A DNA stretch of 64,000 bases from a bacterium (lineage in GTDB: Bacteria; Chloroflexota; Dormibacteria; Aeolococcales; Bog-877): assembly GCA_021827985.1 (NCBI GenBank), contig JAKATL010000002.1:846-64845 (forward strand), read 5' to 3'. Positions 56,870-64,000 of the stretch are shown piece after piece; the stretch's first letter is position 1, and the number at the start of each line of letters is the position of its first letter. Made by a program: the position numbers and the translations under genes. The notes beneath the pieces are model-generated. The model was not told the DNA's origin and ran no database searches. It was given only the letters and a program-made list of their open reading frames with translations.

Positions 56870-58077
56870 GCGGCCGGGGCTCCTCCCCCCGCCTGGCTTG
56901 CGCGATCTTTCCCCATCTCGCACTCAGCCTGGTCTGGCGTGCCCATCCTGAGCTGAGGGAAGAGGCGGTTTTGGTGGGCCCGGGACGGAGACCGGGCAGC
57001 GGGGAGGTGCTTCTGGCCGCCTCGGGGGCTGCGGTGGCCGCCGGGGCTGTCCCCGGAGGTGAGTGGCGCCAGGCGGTGATCTCCTGCCCGGACGCGGCCC
57101 GTCTCAGCGTGGAGGAGACGGCGATCTCGGAGCTGCGCTGGGAGCTGCGCCTGGCCCTGCAGGACATCAGCCCCATGGTGGAGTGGGTGGACGACACCCT
57201 CGCCTACCTGGATGCCGGGGCCCGCGACCTGCGCTGGCCCACGGAGGCGGCTCTGGCCTCCCGGCTGGGAAGGGAGTTGCAGCGGCTGCTTCTGGTCCCG
57301 CCCCGGGTGGGGGTGGGGCAGTCGCGCTTTACCGCTTGGGCGGCCGCCCTGGCCACAGATCCCGGGCGTGCCCGGTTGGTGCCTCCAGGCCGGGCACCGC
57401 ACTTTCTGGCCGAGCTTCCGGTGGAGGCCCTGCCGCTGCCCGGGGCCGTCAAGGAGCGGTTGCGGGAGTTTGGCCTGACGACCTGTGGTGACTGTGCCTC
57501 GATCCCGCTCCCTCTGTTGCAACGACAGTTCGGACCGGAGGGCCTGCTTCTCAACCGTCTCTGTCTGGGAAGAGACGGGGCCACCGTCAATCCCTGGGTG
57601 GTTCCGCCTCCTTGTGGTGTTCGGCGGGTGTTGGCAGGGCCGGTCGAAGACACGGAAGCGTTGCGCTTCGGCGCTCCAGAGCTGGCGGCGGAGCTGGCCG
57701 TGGAACTGGCCCAGCGGAACCTGGCCGCGGGCCGCCTGCGGCTGCTGGTGGGTGGGGAGGGAGGGGAGTCCTGGGAGCTGATCACGCCTCCCTCTCCCGC
57801 CATGACCAAGGAGGAACTGCTGCCTCTGGTGCTCAGCCTCATGGCCCGGGTGCGGCGTCCGGTCGAGGTGGTCGAACTCCAAGCGTTGGAGCTGGTCGCG
57901 CCTCCGGTGCGCCAGCGACAGCTCTTTCCCAGCGGAGGGGATCGGCGGGAGGAGATCGAACGCGCCGCCGCTCGGCTCAGTGAGCGGTTCGGCGGCGGCC
58001 TGATCTGGCGGGTTGCGGTGCGTCCGGAGCACCCCGGGGATGTGCCCGAGGAGCGGCTGGCGTGGCGTCGGGCATGA
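56866..58077 (+). CDS. ImuB-like inactive Y-family polymerase
   Basis: AVISCP, ISPMVE, AYLD, FLAELPVEALP, clamp-binding-like QRQLF; catalytic acidic motifs not evident. Confidence 0.8.
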   Translation: MSGRGSSPRLACAIFPHLALSLVWRAHPELREEAVLVGPGRRPGSGEVLLAASGAAVAAGAVPGGEWRQAVISCPDAARLSVEETAISELRWELRLALQDISPMVEWVDDTLAYLDAGARDLRWPTEAALASRLGRELQRLLLVPPRVGVGQSRFTAWAAALATDPGRARLVPPGRAPHFLAELPVEALPLPGAVKERLREFGLTTCGDCASIPLPLLQRQFGPEGLLLNRLCLGRDGATVNPWVVPPPCGVRRVLAGPVEDTEALRFGAPELAAELAVELAQRNLAAGRLRLLVGGEGGESWELITPPSPAMTKEELLPLVLSLMARVRRPVEVVELQALELVAPPVRQRQLFPSGGDRREEIERAAARLSERFGGGLIWRVAVRPEHPGDVPEERLAWRRA

Positions 58078-58316
58078 CTCCGGTGGAGGTGGAGTGCGGC
58101 GGGAAGGATGCGGAGCCGCGCGCCGTTCTAAGGGAGAGTGGCTGGGTGGAGGTGGCCGAGGTCGTTGAGCGGTCAGTGGTGGAGGTGGGCTGGTGGCGCA
58201 CCGCCCCAGCCCGGCCCCGGAGGCTGCGATGTTGGCGGGTGCTGCTGGCATCAGGAGAGTGTCTGGATCTGCGTCGCGAGCCCAGGGTGGGCTGGACGGT
58301 CCGAGTGTGGGGATGA
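58074..58316 (+). CDS. Small DUF6504-like protein of the mutagenesis cassette
   Basis: ATGA overlap with imuB-like stop; VEVGWWR...WRV...DL...W pattern. Confidence 0.6.
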   Translation: MTPVEVECGGKDAEPRAVLRESGWVEVAEVVERSVVEVGWWRTAPARPRRLRCWRVLLASGECLDLRREPRVGWTVRVWG

Positions 58317-58372
58317 GGGCAAGGCAAATCTCCCCCGCGAACCGCCGCTCCGCCATCTGCTAGCTTTCGCTC

Positions 58373-60346
58373 ATGGCCCAATCTCCGCAGGGCGGCTCCC
58401 CGCCGCCCCGGCGGTCCCCCCAGTGGCGTTCGCTCCAATTCCTGCTGCCGGTGGCCATCTTCCTAGCTCTGAACATCCTGGTGGCCAACGTCTTCTTTCC
58501 ACCGGCCAGCCCCAAGACCATAACTGTCCCCTACAACCGCTTCGTGACCGAGGTCCAGGCCAACGACGTCACCAGCATCACCGCGACCGGGGACAGCATC
58601 GAGGGCACCTTCAAGAGGCCGACCGGGGCGAGCGACTCCAGCAAGAACAAGGCCCTTCACTTCACAACGCAGGTCCCCGCCTTCGCCGGCGGCCAGCTGG
58701 AGTCGCTGCTGACCGCCCACAACGTCACCATCAATGCCCAGAACCCCAATCCGCCGACCTCGGCGCTGGTGGAGATCCTCTACAGCTTCGGGCCGACCCT
58801 GCTCTTCCTGGTGTTCTTCGTCTGGCTGATGCGTCGCACCACGGCCTCGGCGGGGGGCGGACTCTTCAGCCTGGGCCGGTCCCAGGCCCGGCTCTACGAC
58901 CCGGAGAAGCCGGCCACCACCTTCGCGGATGTCGCGGGGATCGAGGAGGCGAAGGAGGAGCTGGAGGAGATAGTGGATTTCCTGCGCCAGCCGGGGAAGT
59001 ACCAGCGCCTCGGAGGCAGCATTCCCAAGGGTGTGCTGCTGGTGGGCCTTCCCGGGACCGGCAAGACCCTGCTGGCCCGGGCGGTGGCGGGGGAGGCGGG
59101 GGTCCCGTTCTTCAGCATCTCGGCGTCGGAATTCATTGAGATGGTCGTCGGGGTGGGCGCCTCCCGCGTTCGCGACCTGTTCAACAAGGCCAAGGCGGCC
59201 GCCCCGGCCATCATCTTCATCGACGAGCTGGACGCGGTGGGGCGGAGCCGCAGCGTCGGGCCGAGCTTCGGGGGACACGACGAGCGGGAGCAGACCCTGA
59301 ACCAGATTCTCACCGAGATGGACGGCTTCGACTCCCGCGAGGGGGTCATCGTCCTGGCGGCCACGAACCGCGCCGACGTGCTCGACTCGGCCCTGCTGCG
59401 TCCGGGGCGCTTCGACCGGCGGGTGATGGTCCAACCACCGGATCGCGTCGGTCGGGCCGCGATCTTGAGGATCCACACCAAGGGGGTACCGCTGGCCGCA
59501 GACGTCGACCTGGACTCCCTCGCCTCCCGGACTCCGGGCCTGGTAGGCGCAGAGCTGCGCAACCTCGTCAACGAGGCGGCGCTCACCGCCGCCCGCCGCA
59601 ACCGCGCCGCCGTCACCATGGACGACTTCACCGAGTCGCTGGAGAAGGTCCTTCTGGGCGCAGCTCGGCGCATCGTCATGAGCGCCGAGGACCGGGAGCG
59701 CACCGCTTACCACGAGTCCGGTCACGCGCTCCTTGGCCTCCTGGTGCCGGAGGCCGACCCGGTCCGCCGGGTCTCGATCATCCCCCGGGGACGGGCCTTG
59801 GGCGTGACCGTCCAGGCGCCGGTGGACGACCGCCAGAACTACCCGGAGACGTACCTGCGGGCGCGCATCGTCGGGGCCCTGGGCGGGCGTGCCGCCGAGC
59901 AGCTGGTCTACGGAGTGGTGACCACCGGGGCGGAGAGCGACCTGCAGCAGGTCACCAACATCGCGAGGCAGATGGTGGTCCGCTGGGGGATGAGCCCCAA
60001 GGTCGGTCCCCTCAACCTGGCGGATGACCCCGAGCAGCAGACGATGATGATGGCTCAGCGCCCCTACAGCGAGGCCACCGCCCAGGTGATCGATTCGGAG
60101 GTGCGGCGGATCGTTGACGAATGTTTCGACGAGGCGGTGAGCCTGCTCGAGCAGAACCGGGACAAGCTCCGGGCCCTGAGCACCGCCCTGCTCCGGGAGG
60201 AGTCGCTGGAGGAGGCCGAGATCCTGCGGGTGACCGGCCTTCCGCCCAAGCCGGTGGCCTCTGAACCGGTGCCCCAGCCGGAGAAGGCGGCGGTGGCGAC
60301 GGCACACGATGCTGTCGCCGAGGGAGGACTTCCCTCCCAACTCTGA
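58373..60346 (+). CDS. ftsH: ATP-dependent zinc metalloprotease FtsH
   Basis: [47 protein letters not shown]. Confidence 0.96.
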   Translation: MAQSPQGGSPPPRRSPQWRSLQFLLPVAIFLALNILVANVFFPPASPKTITVPYNRFVTEVQANDVTSITATGDSIEGTFKRPTGASDSSKNKALHFTTQVPAFAGGQLESLLTAHNVTINAQNPNPPTSALVEILYSFGPTLLFLVFFVWLMRRTTASAGGGLFSLGRSQARLYDPEKPATTFADVAGIEEAKEELEEIVDFLRQPGKYQRLGGSIPKGVLLVGLPGTGKTLLARAVAGEAGVPFFSISASEFIEMVVGVGASRVRDLFNKAKAAAPAIIFIDELDAVGRSRSVGPSFGGHDEREQTLNQILTEMDGFDSREGVIVLAATNRADVLDSALLRPGRFDRRVMVQPPDRVGRAAILRIHTKGVPLAADVDLDSLASRTPGLVGAELRNLVNEAALTAARRNRAAVTMDDFTESLEKVLLGAARRIVMSAEDRERTAYHESGHALLGLLVPEADPVRRVSIIPRGRALGVTVQAPVDDRQNYPETYLRARIVGALGGRAAEQLVYGVVTTGAESDLQQVTNIARQMVVRWGMSPKVGPLNLADDPEQQTMMMAQRPYSEATAQVIDSEVRRIVDECFDEAVSLLEQNRDKLRALSTALLREESLEEAEILRVTGLPPKPVASEPVPQPEKAAVATAHDAVAEGGLPSQL

Positions 60347-60351
60347 CTCCG

Positions 60352-61584
60352 TCAGCCGTCGTCCGCGAGCCGGCGATCGCTGAGTCTGGCCCGGGGTACG
60401 CCGGCCAGCATGGTGGCCCCGGCGGCTGCTCCCACAGCCGCCGCATAGGCGTACGCCAGCTGCGGGGCGACACCGTAAAGCAGCCCCATAAGCAGGTTCC
60501 CGAGGAACACCCCCCAGCTGCGGGCGGCGGCGAGGGCGCCAAAGCCACGGCCTGCAGCCGACCCCGGGCGCAGGACCGACATCAGACTGGGCTCGAGGGT
60601 CTCGACGACCCCGAGCCCACAGCCCAGCACGGCGACCCCCGGAAGAAGCGCCGCCAGGCCGAGGTGGAGGCCGTACCCCGCCGCGAGCAGCACCGCTCCC
60701 AGCGCCCCTCCCCCATACCCCAGCCACGCCAGTTCACGAAAGCCTCTGGCCAAGGTGCTTCCGAGAAAGCGGGGCAGGAGGTACCCGGTGGCGGCGGAGA
60801 CAGCCTGGAAGAGGAGGAAGGCCCCGATGCCCGCCACTGGGCCCCCACCACCCTGGGCGACGGTGAGGATGGGAAAGCCCACGGCGTAGAAGGTGAACCC
60901 ATAGAGGGCGGCGGCCAGGAGCAGTGCCCGGGCGCCAGGAAGTGGGGAGCGCTTCGGGCCGGCAACTAGAGACCCGGACGGGCTAGGCCCCCGCACCCCG
61001 GTGCGCGCCTGGGAGAGGGCGACGGTGGACGCCAGCAGTGGAGCGGCCGTGGCCAGGAAGATCCATCGATAGGGGACGTGGGCGGAGACGGCGGCCAGCA
61101 CCCACACGGCGGCCAGGGCACCGCCCCCGACATCGAGGGCATGGAGGAACCCGAAGGCGGCATTGCGGGCGGAGGGATCGGGAACCGCCTCGGTCAGCAT
61201 CACCCGCCGAGATGGGCTTCGCAGGTTGCGGAACCACCAACCCCCGGTGAGCAGTCCGATGGAGACGGAGGGGCTGGTGGACAGGGCACTCAGGGAGAGC
61301 AGGGGGATCAAGGAGTTGCCCAGGATGGCGACGCGGCGGTGGCCCCAGCGATCTCCCAGCCTTCCCCCCAGCAGCGAGAAGAATGTGCCTCCCCCATAGC
61401 TGAGCGCACTGGCCACTCCGAACAGCGCGACGGGCTGGTGAAGGTCCAGCACCAGATACAGGGGGAAGCCGGCCAGTACTGCCTGGTAGCCGAGGTCGGC
61501 GCAGAAGGCCGAAAGTGAGATGGCCCACACGTCCCCGGTGCGCCAGTGGGGCGGCACCGGTTCGGGTCTGCCTTTTGGGGTCAC
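60352..61584 (-). CDS. MFS transporter
   Basis: About 12 TM segments; motif A GGRLGDRWGHRR. Confidence 0.85.
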   Translation of the reverse strand: MTPKGRPEPVPPHWRTGDVWAISLSAFCADLGYQAVLAGFPLYLVLDLHQPVALFGVASALSYGGGTFFSLLGGRLGDRWGHRRVAILGNSLIPLLSLSALSTSPSVSIGLLTGGWWFRNLRSPSRRVMLTEAVPDPSARNAAFGFLHALDVGGGALAAVWVLAAVSAHVPYRWIFLATAAPLLASTVALSQARTGVRGPSPSGSLVAGPKRSPLPGARALLLAAALYGFTFYAVGFPILTVAQGGGGPVAGIGAFLLFQAVSAATGYLLPRFLGSTLARGFRELAWLGYGGGALGAVLLAAGYGLHLGLAALLPGVAVLGCGLGVVETLEPSLMSVLRPGSAAGRGFGALAAARSWGVFLGNLLMGLLYGVAPQLAYAYAAAVGAAAGATMLAGVPRARLSDRRLADDG

Positions 61585-61591
61585 CTGGCAG

Positions 61592-62413
61592 TCAAACCTC
61601 TTCGCGCTCCACGTGCGCCGTGGCGGCTGCCGACTTCGGCACAGCTGACGAGGATGTGCCGCCGTGACCGGGGGAGGTCAGCCCCCGCACCTCGGCCCAC
61701 AGGTCCTGATAGGCGAGCGCCGCCCGGGTGCTCGCAGCGAAGGTGTGCACCGGTGCCCGCCTGGGACCCATCTGTTCCACCGCGGAGGAGATGGGTATGG
61801 CGGCGCGGGCGAGGGACGGGAGTCCGGCCCGGAGCTCCTCGGCCACCTCCCGATGCAAGCGGCGGCGGCGGTCGACCAGGGAGAGAAACGGAAGCATGGC
61901 CGGGCGCGGCGCCTTGAGCTCCTTGACCAGCCCGGTCACCTGGTTGAGGGTTCTAAAGGAGAGGGTCGCCGGGATGACGGGGATCAGCACCAGCCGGGCG
62001 GCGCGCAGCGCGGCTTGGGAAACGAGGGATGCACTCGGCGGGCAGTCGAGGAGCACCAGGTCGTACCGCCTCGCCAGCGGCCGGAGCTGGTCCCCGAGGC
62101 GGCGGGTGGAATGGGATGTCCGGTCCAGGACCAGGTCCATGGCCCGGTAGGAGCGATCGGCAGGCAGAAGATCAAGGTTGTCGAACTCGGTACCTCGTAT
62201 GCGTTGCTCCAGCTGGCCGGGCTTGTTGATCAGGGACCGGGCTCCGCCCTTCACCTTGGGGCGGCCGCGCAGCAGGTACGTCGCCCCAGCTTGGGGATCG
62301 AGGTCCCACAGAATGGTCCGGTACCCATCACGAGCCGCCAGGAAGGCGAGGTTGACGGCGGCCGAGGTCTTGCCCACGCCGCCCTTGAGGTTGTACACGG
62401 CAACGGTCAGCAT
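61592..62413 (-). CDS. ParA/Soj-family ATPase
   Basis: YNLKGGVGKT, WDLDPQ, LLDCPPS. Confidence 0.9.
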   Translation of the reverse strand: MLTVAVYNLKGGVGKTSAAVNLAFLAARDGYRTILWDLDPQAGATYLLRGRPKVKGGARSLINKPGQLEQRIRGTEFDNLDLLPADRSYRAMDLVLDRTSHSTRRLGDQLRPLARRYDLVLLDCPPSASLVSQAALRAARLVLIPVIPATLSFRTLNQVTGLVKELKAPRPAMLPFLSLVDRRRRLHREVAEELRAGLPSLARAAIPISSAVEQMGPRRAPVHTFAASTRAALAYQDLWAEVRGLTSPGHGGTSSSAVPKSAAATAHVEREEV

Positions 62414-63978
62414 CGGGATCCTCTCCGCCCGGTGGCAGCCCGCGCCCACCGCCTCAACCTGGGCTGGGTGAACGCCGCAAGCCTGGGGATGATGGCTTGC
62501 CGGGCCCGCTCGCGGCGCTCCCGCAACTGGTGATCCAGCCGGCCCAGGGCGAGGACCGCCTCGGGCCCCGAGGTAGCTGCCAAAGGGGCCAGTTGCATCA
62601 GCTCGGTCTCCTGCACCTGCGTGTCCTGGAATTCGCCTAGGCAGTCCTGAAGGGAGCGCAGCACGGTCAGGAGTTCACGGTACTCCACGCCGTCCAGGGC
62701 GGGAGCGAAGAACTCCAGCAGGTAGCGAAGCTCCTTGCAGCGTTTGCGCAGGCTGTGGAATACCTCGGGGGGCGAGGTCGGACCTAGGGCCAGGGCGATG
62801 CGGAGGGCCCGACGGTACGCCTTTCCCGCCCGTTCATGCGCCAGCGCCTCGACCGGGCGGTCACCCGGGACGGCGGCAGAGCTGCCCCGGGTGACCGCAG
62901 CCCAGCGGCGGAGCGCGGTCCTCCATCGGGGGCTCCTGATCTGGGCTGCGAGCTGGGACCACTCCTCGGCACGGCGCTCCGCGAGGTGCCGCAGCAGCGG
63001 CTCGGCCGCCGCGTCCCCGCTTGAGGAGAGCGCCTGGAGCAGGACATCCATGTCCCTGGTCGGGGTGGTCGAGTCCCCCATCCACCGGAGGTCGGAACCC
63101 AGCCGGGCCACTCCTGCCCCGGGTAGACAGTCACCCACCAGCTTGACGGCAGAGCGAGCCCGCCGCACCGCGACCCGGAGGTCGTGGAGGAACTCCACGT
63201 CGAGGTCGGCGAGGACCCCCGGGGTGTTGGCGGAGACCACCTCCATGAGGTCGCGCAGAATCCTCCTCACCGCGTCGGCCGAAGGCCCGCCCGGGTCGAT
63301 GGGCCGCACGCGAGGCCCGTCGGCTCGGGCCAGCCAGGCCAGCCAGCCTCCCGAGCTGGGCTCCAGCCCTTCCACTCTCAGCAGGCGGCCCCGCAGCTCC
63401 TTGGCCCGGCGCTGGGCTTGGTGCAGCAGCGTTACCCGCAGCCAGGTTCGGGGCATCACTCCCCCGGCCCCCAGGCGCTCTTCCCAGCGTGCCTCGCCGA
63501 GTGTCCGGCCCTGGGTATCGCGCAGCGAGATGCTGTGCCTCCGCGCCCGCAGGCTGGCGATCGGCAAGAGCGCCCTCCCTCCGATCACGGGGCCGAGCAC
63601 AGAGGTCGCCGGCCCCTCGCCGATCAGCTGCTCCAACCGCCACCCCGCGTCGTTCCTCCGCGAGCGCGGCAGCTGGCAGGGGACGCTCCAGGTGGAGCCT
63701 CCGTCCACTCCCTCGATCTCGGCCCTGCCACTCTCCGGCCGTTGCCCCCAGGAGAGAAGCAGGGTGACGCCGACCCGCCGGAGGCGCCGGTCGAAGGTGT
63801 CGACCCACCGCTGATCGATGACCTCGACGGCCTCTGGCCCCGGTGCCCAGATCTGAAGCAGGTCACGGATGAGGGCCGCTGGGAGTGGTTCTCTGGAGGT
63901 GAACTCGAGCGACGTCCCGGGGCGGCCGGAAGCGGGCATCGGGGCGGCAGCCGAGCGGGGGCCTTCACGGGCTGCCAT
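62407..63978 (-). CDS. CHAD-domain protein with CYTH-like N-terminus (polyphosphate-binding)
   Basis: DTFDRRL, EFLHDLRVAVRRARS, RDMDV, HSLRKRCKELRYLLEFF, LQDCLGEFQD. Confidence 0.88.
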   Translation of the reverse strand: MAAREGPRSAAAPMPASGRPGTSLEFTSREPLPAALIRDLLQIWAPGPEAVEVIDQRWVDTFDRRLRRVGVTLLLSWGQRPESGRAEIEGVDGGSTWSVPCQLPRSRRNDAGWRLEQLIGEGPATSVLGPVIGGRALLPIASLRARRHSISLRDTQGRTLGEARWEERLGAGGVMPRTWLRVTLLHQAQRRAKELRGRLLRVEGLEPSSGGWLAWLARADGPRVRPIDPGGPSADAVRRILRDLMEVVSANTPGVLADLDVEFLHDLRVAVRRARSAVKLVGDCLPGAGVARLGSDLRWMGDSTTPTRDMDVLLQALSSSGDAAAEPLLRHLAERRAEEWSQLAAQIRSPRWRTALRRWAAVTRGSSAAVPGDRPVEALAHERAGKAYRRALRIALALGPTSPPEVFHSLRKRCKELRYLLEFFAPALDGVEYRELLTVLRSLQDCLGEFQDTQVQETELMQLAPLAATSGPEAVLALGRLDHQLRERRERARQAIIPRLAAFTQPRLRRWARAATGRRGSRC

Positions 63979-64000
63979 GGCGAGATTCTGACAGCTGCGC

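Overview
High-GC (roughly 70%) bacterial chromosomal window. The DosR-type boxes, GAAC-N4-GTTC SOS box, AdnAB-like helicase-nuclease, dimeric GlyRS and many leaderless starts suggest Terrabacteria (Actinomycetota/Chloroflexota/Ca. Dormibacterota-like); this lineage call is inference. Housekeeping genes: nth, glmU, prs, recO, glyQS, aspartokinase/thrC/asd, xth, ppdK, adnAB-like, HU, imuA/imuB-like, ftsH. Redox and sulfur modules: (i) a DosS/DosR-like two-component pair divergent from a polyferredoxin + ferredoxin-GltD oxidoreductase + second kinase operon, with two DosR boxes between them; (ii) a split cytochrome b module with no Rieske gene; (iii) a hydrogenase-free Hdr-like cluster tusA-mvhD-hdrA(GltD insert)-hdrA-wHTH-hdrC-CCG-dsrE2-dsrE; (iv) a ~5 kb segment (TnpB remnant, HTH-PocR-like regulator, sqr, DUF1641, tusE/dsrC, dsrE2) bracketed by an intact aldehyde dehydrogenase and a displaced, synonymously diverged copy of its 3' end. 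A cysteinyl-tRNA synthetase fused to a GT2 glycosyltransferase sits between recO and glyQS. I recognised no rRNA, tRNA or CRISPR array. All calls are from motif reading by eye; no searches were run.
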